DNA of 64,000 nucleotides from NCBI GenBank assembly GCA_002841865.1, contig PHBD01000006.1, positions 112,075 through 176,074 of the forward strand, given 5' to 3'. Numbering within the stretch: position 1 is the stretch's first letter; every line of letters starts with the position of its first letter. The notes under the pieces are model-generated. The model saw only the letters and a list, made by a program, of their open reading frames with translations, was not told the DNA's origin and did not search any database. This document shows, in pieces, positions 1-13,519 of the stretch. This DNA comes from Deltaproteobacteria bacterium HGW-Deltaproteobacteria-19 (lineage in GTDB: Bacteria; Desulfobacterota; Syntrophia; Syntrophales; PHBD01). The position numbers and the translations under genes are program-made.

Positions 1-2
1 GT

Positions 3-719
3 TATTGGTTTTCCGACAAGATCGTGTTGCGCATGTACCGCGCTCAGGAAGTTACGGAAGCCCAGGCACCGGATCTTTATCACCTGGTGAAGAACCTGGC
101 CCTGAAGGCGTCCCTTCCCATGCCGAAGGTTTACATCATCCCGGAGGATACGCCCAATGCGTTTGCCACGGGCCGCAACGAGCAGCATGCCGTGGTGGCC
201 GTGACGGAAGGGATCCTGCGGATTCTGAACCAGGATGAGCTGGAAGGGGTCCTCGCCCATGAGCTGACCCATATCAAGAACAGGGACATCCTCATCGGCT
301 CCATTGCCGCGACCCTGGCAGGGGCCATCGTCATGCTGGCCAACATGGCCCAGTGGGCGGCCATTTTCGGCGGTGTCAGCCGGGACGACGACGAAGGGGG
401 AGGGGGGATTGTCGGCCTGATCCTGATGGCCATTCTGGCCCCCATCGCGGCAACGATCATCCAGATGGCGATCTCCCGCTCCCGGGAGTACCTCGCGGAT
501 GACGGAGGAGCCAAGGTGTCCGGCAAGCCGTATGGTCTTGCCGGAGCCCTCGAGAAGCTCTCCCGGGCTTCCCAGACCGTTCCGATGGATGCCAACCCGT
601 CGACGGCCCATATGTTTATCGTCAACCCCCTGACGGGGCGGTCCCTGATGAGCCTGTTCAGTACGCACCCGCCAATCGAGGAGCGGATTGCCAGGCTGCG
701 GAGCATGAGGATTTCCTGA
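3..719 (+). CDS. htpX: Zinc metalloprotease HtpX (5'-truncated by the window edge)
   Basis: Frame is open from position 3 ([12 protein letters not shown]). Motifs [15 protein letters not shown] (HExxH), [21 protein letters not shown]. Confidence 0.95.
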   Translation, partial: YWFSDKIVLRMYRAQEVTEAQAPDLYHLVKNLALKASLPMPKVYIIPEDTPNAFATGRNEQHAVVAVTEGILRILNQDELEGVLAHELTHIKNRDILIGSIAATLAGAIVMLANMAQWAAIFGGVSRDDDEGGGGIVGLILMAILAPIAATIIQMAISRSREYLADDGGAKVSGKPYGLAGALEKLSRASQTVPMDANPSTAHMFIVNPLTGRSLMSLFSTHPPIEERIARLRSMRIS

Positions 720-796
720 ATCCCATCAAGGACTTCCGGTGGGCCGGGCATGTTGCCGGTTCCAGCCGGAAGTCTTTTGTATCGGAGGCTTGCGTC

Positions 797-1258
797 ATGG
801 CGGAAGAAAAGGAAGGAAAAGGCTTTGTTGTCCGGGATCGGCGTCTTTTCGACGAATCGGGAGCGCCGAAAGAAGAGACGGTCCCTCCGGAGGCTGTTTC
901 CCCCTCTGCGGACGAACCGGCAGTTGCTGCGGAAGAGCCCTCTCCCCGGCAGGAGGCTCCCCGTGAAGAGCCCGCTCCTGCCGATTCCCAGAGGGAAGAG
1001 GCCTCGTACCCGGAAGTCTCGTTTGCCAGCTTCGTCGTGTCCCTGAGCACGACGGTTCTCTATCATTTCGGCGATATTCCCGACCCCGTGACCAACAAGA
1101 CGGAACGAAACCTGCCGGCGGCCAAGCAGACCATCGACATCCTGGGAATGCTGCAGCGGAAGACGACGGGGAACCTGGACGAGGGAGAAAAGGCCCTTCT
1201 GGACAGTGCGCTGTTTGAACTGCGAATGCGTTATGTGAAAGAGAGCGCGAGCCGATGA
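797..1258 (+). CDS. DUF1844 family protein
   Basis: C-terminal AKQTIDILGMLQRKTTGNLDEGE...LFELRMRYV. GGAGG RBS. Usual position upstream of ispE in deltaproteobacteria. Confidence 0.8.
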   Translation: MAEEKEGKGFVVRDRRLFDESGAPKEETVPPEAVSPSADEPAVAAEEPSPRQEAPREEPAPADSQREEASYPEVSFASFVVSLSTTVLYHFGDIPDPVTNKTERNLPAAKQTIDILGMLQRKTTGNLDEGEKALLDSALFELRMRYVKESASR

Positions 1259-2091
1259 TCCGGAGGCTGTCTCCGGCGAAGGTGAACCTCGTTCTACGGG
1301 TCCTGGGCAAAAGAGGCGACGGCTATCACGAGATCGCCTCCCTGATGCAGTCGATCAGCTTGTGTGACGAGTTGATCTTCCAAAGGAGACCGCAGGGAAT
1401 CATCCTCCGGTGCCCCGGAAGCGGACTTCCGGAGGATCAGCGGAACCTGGTTTACCGGGCTGCCCAGGCTTTTTTTGCCCGTTCCGGCATATCCGGGGGA
1501 GTGGAGATCGAACTCCACAAGCAGATCCCCATGGCCGCGGGGCTGGGTGGCGGCAGTTCCAACGCCGCCGTCACGCTGTCCACCCTGAATGAAATCCACG
1601 GATCACCGCTGACCGCGGGTGACTTGACCCACCTGGCCGCTTCGCTGGGGGCCGATGTCCCCTTTTTCCTGTTCGGAAACCGGGCCTGGGCCTTTGGAAT
1701 CGGCGAGCGGCTCGAGCCCGCGGATCCCCTTCCTTCCTTCGACCTGGTTCTTCTTCACCCCCCCCTCGAAGTGTCCACCGGGCCGGTCTATCAGGGGCTC
1801 AATTTGGGATTGACAAACGGTCTTATACATTATAGCATCCCGCGATTTTATACGATCTGTGACGTGGCGCAGGGTCTTTGGAACGATCTGGAGAGCGTGA
1901 CCCTGAAGCGCCATCCGGAGCTTCAGGAACTGAAGAATCTCCTGCTTCGAAAAGGCGCTTTGGGAACCCTGATGTCCGGCAGCGGTCCCACCGTCTTCGG
2001 CATTTTCGAAAGAGGAGAAGATGCCCGGAGAACAGCGGCGGCTCTGACGGGTTCGGGGGAATGGGATGTGTACACGGCCCGTTCATTGTAA
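1255..2091 (+). CDS. ispE: 4-(cytidine 5'-diphospho)-2-C-methyl-D-erythritol kinase
   Basis: SPAKVNL, GYHEI, IPMAAGLGGGSSNAA, LGADVPFF, MSGSGPTVF. Confidence 0.97.
   Translation: MIRRLSPAKVNLVLRVLGKRGDGYHEIASLMQSISLCDELIFQRRPQGIILRCPGSGLPEDQRNLVYRAAQAFFARSGISGGVEIELHKQIPMAAGLGGGSSNAAVTLSTLNEIHGSPLTAGDLTHLAASLGADVPFFLFGNRAWAFGIGERLEPADPLPSFDLVLLHPPLEVSTGPVYQGLNLGLTNGLIHYSIPRFYTICDVAQGLWNDLESVTLKRHPELQELKNLLLRKGALGTLMSGSGPTVFGIFERGEDARRTAAALTGSGEWDVYTARSL
1810..1838 (+). promoter_or_regulatory. Sigma70-type promoter inside ispE, probably driving tRNA-Gln-prs-rplY-pth
   Basis: TTGACA (1810-1815), 17 nt spacer, TAGCAT (1833-1838), in an AT-rich patch of a GC-rich gene. Confidence 0.6.
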
Positions 2092-2168
2092 CTCCCGGTT
2101 GCCTTGATGTCATCCGCCGGCTCGACCGAACCCGGGTCCGGACATTCAGAACGGTCTGGATGGTATAC

Positions 2169-2243
2169 TGGGGCGTCGTCAAGCGGTAAGACACAAGAAT
2201 TTGGATCTTGCATACGGAGGTTCGAATCCTCCCGCCCCAGCCA
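2169..2243 (+). tRNA. tRNA-Gln (TTG)
   Basis: Acceptor stem TGGGGCG/CGCCCCA plus GCCA. Anticodon arm CAAGA-ATTTGGA-TCTTG. T-loop GGTTCGAATCC. Confidence 0.97.
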
Positions 2244-2298
2244 TGCCATGCATCGCTAACCAATCGGGATACGAATTCCCGTCAAAAGAGAGTTTATC

Positions 2299-3240
2299 AT
2301 GCTGGAAAGAATAAGGATCTTCTCCGGGAACGCCAATCCGGAGCTTTCCCAGAAAATCTGTAACCATCTGGGTGTGTCGCTCGGAAAAGCTCATGTCTCG
2401 ACGTTCAGTGACGGCGAGACGCGCGTGGAAATCGATGAAAATGTCCGGGGGATGGACGTGTTCATCATCCAGTCGACCTGCCCGCCGGTAAACCTCACCT
2501 GCATGGAACTGCTGATCATGATTGACGCCATGAAGCGGGCGTCGGCGGATCGCATAACGGCGGTCATTCCGTATTACGGGTATGCCAGACAGGACCGGAA
2601 GGTGGCTCCCCGGGCGCCCATATCGGCAAAGCTCCTGGCCGATCTCATTACGACGGCCGGTGCCAGTCGCGTCCTCTCGATGGACCTTCACGCCGGCCAG
2701 ATCCAGGGCTTCTTCAACATCCCCGTCGACAATCTCTTCGCCACCCCCATTCTTCTCGATTATTTCAAAGAGCGTTACACGGAAAACACCGTTGTCGTTT
2801 CGCCCGATACGGGGGGCGTCGAACGGGCGAGGGCCTTTGCGAAGCGCCTCGGGGCGAGCCTGGCCATCATCGATAAGCGGCGGGACGGTCCCAATGAAGC
2901 GCAAGTGATGAACATCATTGGAAACGTTGAGGGGAAAAGGGTTATCATTCTCGATGACATGATCGATACGGCGGGAACGGTTGTCCAGGGCTGTAACGCC
3001 CTGAAAGAAGCGGGAGCCCTCGAAGTGGCCGTTTGCTGCACACATCCGGTACTTTCCGGTCCGGCCATAGAACGGATCGAAAGCTCGTCACTCAAGGAAG
3101 TCGTCGTCACCGACACCATCCCGCTTCATGAGCGGGCGAAGGCCTGCAATCGGGTCCAGGTGCTTTCCGTGGCCCGGCTTTTAAGCGAAGCGGTGCGGCG
3201 GATTTACTATAACGATTCCATCAGTTCACTATTCATATAG
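2299..3240 (+). CDS. prs: Ribose-phosphate pyrophosphokinase
   Basis: [36 protein letters not shown]. Confidence 0.98.
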   Translation: MLERIRIFSGNANPELSQKICNHLGVSLGKAHVSTFSDGETRVEIDENVRGMDVFIIQSTCPPVNLTCMELLIMIDAMKRASADRITAVIPYYGYARQDRKVAPRAPISAKLLADLITTAGASRVLSMDLHAGQIQGFFNIPVDNLFATPILLDYFKERYTENTVVVSPDTGGVERARAFAKRLGASLAIIDKRRDGPNEAQVMNIIGNVEGKRVIILDDMIDTAGTVVQGCNALKEAGALEVAVCCTHPVLSGPAIERIESSSLKEVVVTDTIPLHERAKACNRVQVLSVARLLSEAVRRIYYNDSISSLFI

Positions 3241-3252
3241 CAGGAGGAAGTC

Positions 3253-3897
3253 ATGGAAGTCATGGAGTTGAGGGCCGAGGCCCGGACAGGATCGGGAAAG
3301 GGGCCGGCCCGGCGTCTGCGCAGCCAGGGGAAGATTCCGGCCGTATTTTACGGCGGCGGGGCCGACTCCGTGCCCATATCCGTAAGTTCCGCTGATCTGC
3401 GCAAGCTCTTGAAGAGCGCAGAGGAAAATGTCTTTGTGAAGCTGGTTATCGATGATGCGGGGAAAAAGGCGGAAAAGCTGTCCCTGATCAAGGAGCTTCA
3501 GATCGATCCGGCCACTCGGAAACTATTCCACGCCGATTTCTGCGAAGTCAGCATGGACCACAAGATGACCTTTGACGTTTCCCTCCACTTTACCGGTACG
3601 CCCGTCGGAACCCAGGATGGCGGCGAGATGCTCCATCTGAAGAGGGATGTGCGCGTGAGTTGTCTGCCGGGTCTGCTTCCCCAGTTCATCGAGGTGGATG
3701 TGACCGGGCTCAAGATCGGCGATTCCCTGAAGGTTGCGGACCTCAAGGTAGCGGAGGGAGTTGCACTGGTCGACGGTGAGGATACGGCCATCGTGACGGT
3801 TATGGCCCCGAGGGTCGCTGAAGCGGTCGAGCCGGAAGCCGGCGAGGAAGGAACGAAGGAACCGGAGGTCCTGAAACAAAAGGTACGCGAGGAGTAA
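3253..3897 (+). CDS. rplY: 50S ribosomal protein L25/Ctc
   Basis: GKGPARRLRSQGKIPAVFYG, HADF. Located between prs and pth. Confidence 0.95.
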   Translation: MEVMELRAEARTGSGKGPARRLRSQGKIPAVFYGGGADSVPISVSSADLRKLLKSAEENVFVKLVIDDAGKKAEKLSLIKELQIDPATRKLFHADFCEVSMDHKMTFDVSLHFTGTPVGTQDGGEMLHLKRDVRVSCLPGLLPQFIEVDVTGLKIGDSLKVADLKVAEGVALVDGEDTAIVTVMAPRVAEAVEPEAGEEGTKEPEVLKQKVREE

Positions 3898-3912
3898 GGA
3901 TCGGGGATACCG

Positions 3913-4505
3913 ATGAAGCTCATCGTGGGACTGGGCAATCCGGGGGAGCGATACCGGTTCAGCCGGCACAACCTGGGGTTTCTGGTGATCGATGAGCTGG
4001 CCGACCGCGAGGAGATAACTCTCTCCCAGAAGCGGTTCGAGGCGATATACGGCAAGGGATCCATCGGTTCGTCATCCACCCTTCTCGCCAAGCCTCAAAC
4101 GTATATGAACCTCAGCGGACTGTCTGTTCGCAGGCTCTTTGACTTTTTTAAAATCGACCTGGAAAACCTCATCGTCATCCATGATGATCTTGACCTGCCC
4201 TTCGGAACCCTCCGCCTGAAAAAGGGGGGAGGATCCGGCGGGCATAGGGGTGTGATCTCTGTCATGGAATCCCTGGGGGAGGACAATTTCATCCGCGTCC
4301 GCATGGGGATCGGCAAACCGCCCCACAAAGGAATGGTGGAAGATTACGTGCTCCAGCTCCTGCCCCTCGAAGAGGCGGAGAGGCTGTCCGAGGTCGTTTC
4401 CGAAGCGGCGGAAGCCATTGGCTTTCTCGTGGCGACCGGACTTCCGGCCGCCATGAACCGGTACAATGGCAAAGCCATGAAAAATCTTAAAGAAGAGGAG
4501 GTTTA

Positions 4506-4506
<1 letters not shown>
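3913..4506 (+). CDS. pth: Peptidyl-tRNA hydrolase
   Basis: LIVGLGNPG, RHNLGF, KPQTYMNLSG, HDDLDL, GGHRG. Confidence 0.97.
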
Positions 4507-6956
<2,450 letters not shown>

Positions 6957-6989
6957 TGATGGTTTAAGAGAATCCTGAACAGATTCAGC

Positions 6990-7022
6990 AAGGCGCCCCG
7001 GTTTCCGGGGCGCCTTTTTTTG
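6990..7022 (+). terminator. Rho-independent terminator after hppA
   Basis: AAGGCGCCCCGG-TTT-CCGGGGCGCCTT followed by a T-run. Confidence 0.9.
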
Positions 7023-7260
7023 GAGCTACACCCGGCAGGTTTTCGGTTAGAGCGATCTCTTCGCCGACGGGGCACCGATGTTGTGCATCAACGTGCTGAT
7101 GGGAGGCTGATTTCCAACAGGAATTGCGGCAGCATGCTTCGGCTTGCCCTGTCGGGAAACTGCCACTTTGATTACGGGAGAGGGAAAATGCTGCTTTAAT
7201 GGAAGGGTAAAACCATGCAGGCCTGCTTCCTTCGTCATCAGAAGGGGCCGATGAAGCGGT

Positions 7261-10125
7261 TCAGGACGATACGATCTCACGGGAATGGAGAATACGCTCG
7301 ATTTCCCGGTTCAGCCTGTCAAAGCTGTATGGTTTTTCGATATATCCGGAGGCTCCGTTCTCGATGGTCGACGCCAGGGTTGCATCGGGAAGGCAGCCGC
7401 TGGATATGACGATCTTCGCATCCGGTTTGAGATTCAGGAGTTCCGCCATGCATTTTGCCCCTCCCATTCCGGGCATGATCAGATCGAGGACGACCAGGCC
7501 GATCCGATCGTAGTGATTCCTGAAGATATCGATCGCCTTTTCTCCACAGTCGGCCGTAAGCACCTCATATCCATAGTATTGAAGCATGTCCTGACCGATA
7601 TCCCGGAGGTTCTGATCGTCGTCAACGAACAGGACCGTCGTCCCGGTCTCTGTAATGATGGAAGGTTCACGGGAATCCTCCCGTCTTTTCCCTTCGGGAG
7701 CCTTTTCGCAGTAAGGGAGATGGATCTGGAAGGTGGATCCTTTCCCGGGTTCACTGCTGCACAGGATCGAGCCCCCATGATGCTTCACGATGCCGTACAC
7801 GACGGACAGGCCGAGTCCGGTCCCCTTGCCGGCCTCTTTGGTCGTGAAAAACGGCTCGAAAATATGCTCCAGCGTCGTCTGGTCCATGCCAAGCCCGCTG
7901 TCCTGAATGCTCATCCAGGCATACTTGCCGGGCTTGAGGAATATCATCTCCGCCTCGTGAGGATCCTCCAGACGGATCACATCCGTAAGGATGGTGATGG
8001 TTCCACCCTCCGGCATGGCATCCCGCGCATTGACAATGAGGTTCATGATGACCTGGGAGATCTGGACCGGATCCGCATGCACGGTGCAGGGGCACTCGGA
8101 AGGATCGAACTTGACGGCAATCATTTTCGGTATGGTTCGGTAAAGCAATTCGCAGAGGGAATGGATTTCCACATTCAGATCGATCCGTTCCGGTCGGCTT
8201 TCTACCCGGCGGCTGAAGAACAGGAGCTGTCGAATCAGGTCTGCCGCCCGCTCTGTCAATTCGTGAATGCTTTCGAGGTGTTTCCAGTCCCCGGAGATCC
8301 CGTGGTTCCGCATGAGGATCTGGTTGTAGCCGCTCATGGCATGGATGATATTGTTGAAGTCGTGGGCGATTCCACCGGTCAGCGTCCCGATGGCCTCCAT
8401 CTTCGAGGCGTGGTTGAGCTGTTCTTCCAGGCGGCGCTGTTCCGTGATGTCCTTCAGGGATCCGACGATTCCCTTCACGCTTCCATCGGAGTTGAAATCG
8501 GGTGCGACATTGGCAATGAACAGCCGAGCCTTTCCGGACCGATCCAGAATCGTGCCCGTGGCATCCCGCATGATGGTCTTCCCGTCCCGGATTCGCTTGA
8601 ACTGTTCAATGTAAAGCCTGTGATCCGCATCGCTCACAAAGTCCAGGAAAAATTTCCCCAGCACCTCCAACGGCTGGTGACCGAGGATCTTTTCCCAGGC
8701 GGGGTTGACATAGTTGATCCGCCCGTCCGATTCGAGGGTGAAGATAATGTCCGGTGAGTTCTCGCTAAGATTTCGGAAGCGCTCCTCGCTCTCCTTGAGA
8801 GATTGGTAAACCCGGCTGAGCCGGATGCTGAAAGCGATGGAGGGGGCTATCCCCAGGAGGAGGTTGAGATCGCTCTGGGTCAGATTTCGCTTTGTCCGCT
8901 TGTTGTCCACCGCGAGGATTCCCTCTACCTCTCCCTCATAGGCAATGGGCACGCACATGAATGACTGCACACCCATTTCCCGTGCGTATTCGAGGCTCTT
9001 GGGCGAGAGATCCCTCCGAATCGAGTCTATGTTGTTGACGAGCAGCGGTTTCTGTTCCCGGAAACAGATCACGAACGGTCCCCGGGAGGAGGGGCTGGTG
9101 GTGAAGAACGATTGGCCCAGGAAAAAAAATTTCCGCTCTTCCTGAGTGTATCCGTAACCCTCGGCAAAGATCAGCCTGCTTTTGTCTTCATTGGCCAGCA
9201 GGATGAGCCCCCGGTCGAAATCCAGCAGCCTTTCCATGCTTCCCATGATGGTCCGCAGGAACTGGCTGGTCTGTAGCGTCTGGGAAATAGCCTCGCCGGT
9301 CTCCTGGATCAGAAGCAGGCTTTTATAGGTCATGTTGATCCGGTCCAGCAGATCACCGGCGGTTTCCCCCTGTTTTTGCAGACGACTCTGAATCTCCCTG
9401 TTTTCCAGGTTCTTGACGAACAGGGACAGGATGGATACGGCGGCGATAAACGCGATGGACAGGGCCGGCCAGTCCGCAGGCTCTGTCGCGGGGATCAGGG
9501 CCAGGACGGCAAGGAAACCGATCAGGATGAACCAGTTGCGCACCTGTTTCCAGAAGATGGCGGGCGGTCGTTTCCACGACACGACATAGCGGCAGACGGA
9601 ATCGCCCCGGTGAACGCAGGACACGTGATCGATGGAGGCATACTCTCCCGTGAACAGTTTGCCGATCGCCTCCAGGGTGCCCATCCTGTTCGCACACTGG
9701 TATGGTTTTTCCCTGACACCCGGATTCGGATGTGCAATCACCTCGATCCGGTTATGATCGAGGTCTCTTGTCGATACGGTGAATGACTTTGACGCCTGGC
9801 CGAAGATCCTGCCAAGCATGCGATAGGAGCGGGAGGGAGTCATGAATCCAAGGGCCAGCCGTTGTACGTCCCCTGCCGCTGCGGACATTGCGGTGTACCG
9901 TCCCACTTTCCGCGGGAGTTCATCGTCCTTTACCATGACGAGAAGGGCATCCTGGAACCGGTCAACCTGCTCCTGAGTGAACCAGTGTCCCCGATCTTCG
10001 ATCTGCCCCGCTGTTATCCCGGCGGAATCGAGAAGCAACTCGATATCCACGTCCGGATGGTGCGCCTTCAGATATTCGATGTAACCTTTGGTGATCCGGC
10101 TGTTGTAAAGGGCTTCTTCACTCAT
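7261..10125 (-). CDS. Hybrid sensor histidine kinase (V4R-like N-terminal domain, 2 TM, GAF, PAS, HisKA, HATPase, REC)
   Basis: H-box [35 protein letters not shown], receiver [17 protein letters not shown]-terminal [15 protein letters not shown]. Confidence 0.9.
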   Translation of the reverse strand: MSEEALYNSRITKGYIEYLKAHHPDVDIELLLDSAGITAGQIEDRGHWFTQEQVDRFQDALLVMVKDDELPRKVGRYTAMSAAAGDVQRLALGFMTPSRSYRMLGRIFGQASKSFTVSTRDLDHNRIEVIAHPNPGVREKPYQCANRMGTLEAIGKLFTGEYASIDHVSCVHRGDSVCRYVVSWKRPPAIFWKQVRNWFILIGFLAVLALIPATEPADWPALSIAFIAAVSILSLFVKNLENREIQSRLQKQGETAGDLLDRINMTYKSLLLIQETGEAISQTLQTSQFLRTIMGSMERLLDFDRGLILLANEDKSRLIFAEGYGYTQEERKFFFLGQSFFTTSPSSRGPFVICFREQKPLLVNNIDSIRRDLSPKSLEYAREMGVQSFMCVPIAYEGEVEGILAVDNKRTKRNLTQSDLNLLLGIAPSIAFSIRLSRVYQSLKESEERFRNLSENSPDIIFTLESDGRINYVNPAWEKILGHQPLEVLGKFFLDFVSDADHRLYIEQFKRIRDGKTIMRDATGTILDRSGKARLFIANVAPDFNSDGSVKGIVGSLKDITEQRRLEEQLNHASKMEAIGTLTGGIAHDFNNIIHAMSGYNQILMRNHGISGDWKHLESIHELTERAADLIRQLLFFSRRVESRPERIDLNVEIHSLCELLYRTIPKMIAVKFDPSECPCTVHADPVQISQVIMNLIVNARDAMPEGGTITILTDVIRLEDPHEAEMIFLKPGKYAWMSIQDSGLGMDQTTLEHIFEPFFTTKEAGKGTGLGLSVVYGIVKHHGGSILCSSEPGKGSTFQIHLPYCEKAPEGKRREDSREPSIITETGTTVLFVDDDQNLRDIGQDMLQYYGYEVLTADCGEKAIDIFRNHYDRIGLVVLDLIMPGMGGAKCMAELLNLKPDAKIVISSGCLPDATLASTIENGASGYIEKPYSFDRLNREIERILHSREIVSS

Positions 10126-10469
10126 CGGTCCAGGAAGCTCACTCGTCTACTCCAGCAGAGGTGATGCGCGTATATATCTGATTTGTTTTCGCTTTTCAAT
10201 ATGGATTTTCACGCCTGTTTTGATGCATGACAGGGATGGTTTGTTCCTGTCCACGGGAACGGAAGCGAAGCGAGGTTGAAAGGGATATTATAATGATTAC
10301 AAAGATATAAAAATGTCTTCCAGACTAAAGAATTTCACACAAACGTTCGATAGGAACAATAGAGAATCCGGGTTTATGGAATACGCTGCTTGTCCGCTTA
10401 AGAGTGAGGTTTGGAGAAGCGAATGAAATAGAGAAAAAGAGGATTCTCTTCCCGCAGAGAGAAGGGCTC

Positions 10470-12356
10470 ATGCTTCCGAAGACATTCATTCAAAACAAAA
10501 AACGATATCTCGCCTACAATCAGTTCCGAAAAGGGCTTTTTGCCGAGCTTGCCCCCAAGGACAGCGAGGCCATCCTGCATCTGCTCCCCTGGATGCTGAA
10601 TGAAAACAATCCCCAGGTTCCCGGATATGTCCCCCACCTTGCCCGCCCCATCGGTGTTTATAACCTTGATAACGACCCGGAGATCCGGAAGCGGGAAGCG
10701 TCTTTCAGTTTCCTTTTCCACATCGACAAGGCAAGGCGGAGGGTGAAATTCAAGCCGGACTCCTGGATGATCCAGGGCGTCTATACGATCGGGAGCGTCG
10801 GTTCCGTTACGCAGACCGCCTGTTCCGACTGTGACATATGGCTGTGCGTGGATCGGGATCGGTTCGGAGAGGAGGGAATGGCGCAGCTGCAGCAGAAGGT
10901 CAACCTGATCAAGGACTGGCTCGATGCAAACATCCGCATGCCCGTCTATTTCTTTCTCTGTGACGTGGATGACGTCCGGAAAGGGCATTTTGGCGATGTT
11001 TCCGGTGAAAGCTGCGGCAGCACTCAGAAAAACATCCTGAAGGAGGAGTTCTATCGCACGGCGGTCATGATCGCCGGCAAGATTCCGCTCTGGTGGCTGG
11101 CCTTCGATCCGGAAGATGACGTCGATTACCGGAAGCTGGCCGCGAACTATGAGCGGGAAGTCTTCGGTGATTACGACGCCATCGATCTGGGAAATCTGGA
11201 ACGGGTCGAGCAGGAGGAGTACTTCGGCGCCGCCCTCTGGCAGTTCAACAAGGCCCTCACGCATCCCCTGAAATCCATCACCAAGATGCTGCTCCTGCAG
11301 ATGTTCCTGGCTTTCCCCCCGGGTCGCCTTCTCTGCCACCAGTTCCGGGCGGAGGTCATGAATCCGGTGAAGGACCGCCCCTTCATCGACCCGGGCACCT
11401 TCACGATCCAGTCCATTTTCGATTTCAACCGGGATCGCGACCGCGACGACTTCCATTTCATCCAGAAGTGCATCTACCTGCGATGCGACGTGAAAATGCA
11501 TTCCAGAAAGGCGGGAATGCGGGAGGAACTCCTCCGGGAGACCTTCCAGAAGGATCCGCTTTCCAGGGAGGAAATCCACAGCCTCAACAAGTTCAAGACC
11601 TGGCATTTCCACGATCAGGTCCGGATCGGGAACCGGACACTGGCGCTGCTGCTGAAGATATACAAGGACATCACCGGGGTGCATCTGAACGCCGGGCCGA
11701 GCCGGGTCAGCCCCGGGGACCTCCGGATCATCGGCCGGAAGCTTTCCTCCTGTCTGGAGAAGAAACCAAACAAGATCCAGGTGATCCACAAACCGACGGA
11801 TTCACTGAACCAGCCGACTCTTGTTTTTCGCTTCAATGGGAAAAAATGGCAGGTCCTTCCCGCCGACGATCAGGAGACGGTGATTGTCGAGGACGTCCAC
11901 ATCGTTTCCTGCATCGCCTATCTTGTCTGGAACGATCTCTTCCGGCCCGGGGAGATCCGCATGCTTCCGAATCCTACACCCGTCACGCTCCAGGAAATCC
12001 TGAACCTGGGAAACAAAGTCCGGAATCTGTTCGGGACCTACAATATCTCCGCCATCGATTTCCAGAATTTCAGCGTCCAGGAGAAACTGGAGACGATGCT
12101 CGTGATCGCCAACTTTGAAGATACATCGGGGAACAGGAATGGCGACGCCTACAGCGTTCTTTATACGAACAACTGGGGCGAGCTTTTCCTCGATCGAGTC
12201 GGATCCGCGGAGGCATTCTGCGATGCATTCAACGGTCGGAGCCGAAAACAGCGATCCCTCAACGTTCATTACCATGTCCAGCGAACCAGTCTGCAGTATG
12301 AAAAGATCATCGAACGGGCAAAGAAGATGGTGATGGAAACGCTTGGTCAAGGCTGA
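10470..12356 (+). CDS. Class I adenylate cyclase-like protein
   Basis: YTIGSVGSVTQTACSDCDIWLC (GS..SDxD nucleotidyltransferase motif), ESCGSTQKNILKEEFYRT, AGKIPLWW, EYFGAALWQFNK. ATG at 10470 chosen over GTG at 10404. Confidence 0.88.
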   Translation: MLPKTFIQNKKRYLAYNQFRKGLFAELAPKDSEAILHLLPWMLNENNPQVPGYVPHLARPIGVYNLDNDPEIRKREASFSFLFHIDKARRRVKFKPDSWMIQGVYTIGSVGSVTQTACSDCDIWLCVDRDRFGEEGMAQLQQKVNLIKDWLDANIRMPVYFFLCDVDDVRKGHFGDVSGESCGSTQKNILKEEFYRTAVMIAGKIPLWWLAFDPEDDVDYRKLAANYEREVFGDYDAIDLGNLERVEQEEYFGAALWQFNKALTHPLKSITKMLLLQMFLAFPPGRLLCHQFRAEVMNPVKDRPFIDPGTFTIQSIFDFNRDRDRDDFHFIQKCIYLRCDVKMHSRKAGMREELLRETFQKDPLSREEIHSLNKFKTWHFHDQVRIGNRTLALLLKIYKDITGVHLNAGPSRVSPGDLRIIGRKLSSCLEKKPNKIQVIHKPTDSLNQPTLVFRFNGKKWQVLPADDQETVIVEDVHIVSCIAYLVWNDLFRPGEIRMLPNPTPVTLQEILNLGNKVRNLFGTYNISAIDFQNFSVQEKLETMLVIANFEDTSGNRNGDAYSVLYTNNWGELFLDRVGSAEAFCDAFNGRSRKQRSLNVHYHVQRTSLQYEKIIERAKKMVMETLGQG

Positions 12357-12392
12357 AGAGGGAAGTGCTGCAGGAACTTCGCGCTGCCTGCC

Positions 12393-13514
12393 CTAGAACA
12401 AAGCCAGCCGGTCCGCTACGGCCAATCCCGCCCGGGTGGGCCGGAGGAATCCCCGCGACATCTCGACGAGGCCCTCTTCCGCCAGTTTCCGGAGGAGGGG
12501 GCCGTTCTCCCCCTTCAGATCCGTTCCGTATTTCCGCCGGTAGCTCTCCAAGTGTAGCCCCCGGGCAGTCCGCAGGGCCAGGAATCGGTCCTCCAGGGCC
12601 ATCTGCTCCCGGGACAGGGCCTCCGAGGCGGCGACAGGGGAGCGCCCCGACTCGACTGCCGCCAGGTAATCCGGCAGGGAGCGGACGTTCCACCAGCGCC
12701 GGATCCCTCGGAAGGAATGGGCCGACGGACCAAGACCGAGATAGGGGACGCGGCGCCAGTATTTCGAGTTGTGGCGACTGACATACAGAGGTCCCCGGGC
12801 GAAATTCGAGACCTCATAATGGAGATACCCAACTCCCGCCAGGTATCGGGATGTGGCGAAAAAGAAATCCGCGGACCGGGAGTCCCCCGGCGGTTCCGGT
12901 AACGTACTTCCATAGAGCCGGGCGAGGGGCGTGTCGGGTTCGATTGTCAGTTCGTAACAGGACAGGTGAACGACCGGGAGCACGGTGGAAATGGAGAGCG
13001 TCTCCATCCAGGCCTCCTGGGATTGGCCGGGAATGCCGTATATCAGGTCGATTCCGAGGTTCCCGAAACCGGCCTGCGAGGCCTCCCGGACGGCCCGCAG
13101 GGCCTGCTCCGCCGAATGCCGCCGCCCCAGGAAGGAAAGGATTCCATCGTCCAGGGACTGGATGCCGATGTTGAGCCGGTTTACTCCGATCCCGTGGAGT
13201 TTCCGCAGGTCCGAGGCTGTCCAGTCGGCAGGATTCATCTCCACCGTGATCTCGGCGTTGGCGGCGATACGGAAGGAATCCCGGATGTCTTCGAGGATCC
13301 GCCCGATCTGTCCGGGGGTCAGCAGGGACGGCGTTCCGCCCCCGAAATAGACTGTGTCGAAGGACCGGAAGGTGCGCCGGTGAAAGGCCATCTCGCGGCG
13401 CAGGGCCTCCAGGAACCGGGGGATTTCCTGCTCCGCCCGCTGGAGGGAGTAGAAACTGCAGTAGGCGCACTTGGAGCGGCAGAAGGGGACATGAATATAA
13501 AGGCCCGCCGGCAT
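12393..13514 (-). CDS. hemW: Radical SAM heme chaperone HemW
   Basis: GLYIHVPFCRSKCAYCSF, YFGGGTPS, YEVSNFA, HNSKYW, YLGLGPSAHS. Directly downstream of lepA. Confidence 0.88.
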   Translation of the reverse strand: MPAGLYIHVPFCRSKCAYCSFYSLQRAEQEIPRFLEALRREMAFHRRTFRSFDTVYFGGGTPSLLTPGQIGRILEDIRDSFRIAANAEITVEMNPADWTASDLRKLHGIGVNRLNIGIQSLDDGILSFLGRRHSAEQALRAVREASQAGFGNLGIDLIYGIPGQSQEAWMETLSISTVLPVVHLSCYELTIEPDTPLARLYGSTLPEPPGDSRSADFFFATSRYLAGVGYLHYEVSNFARGPLYVSRHNSKYWRRVPYLGLGPSAHSFRGIRRWWNVRSLPDYLAAVESGRSPVAASEALSREQMALEDRFLALRTARGLHLESYRRKYGTDLKGENGPLLRKLAEEGLVEMSRGFLRPTRAGLAVADRLALF

Positions 13515-13519
13515 CGCCT

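Noticed and set aside
2169-2300. tRNA-Gln as an integration site
   Set aside because: No integrase or duplicated tRNA 3' end was seen, and the conserved prs gene follows directly.
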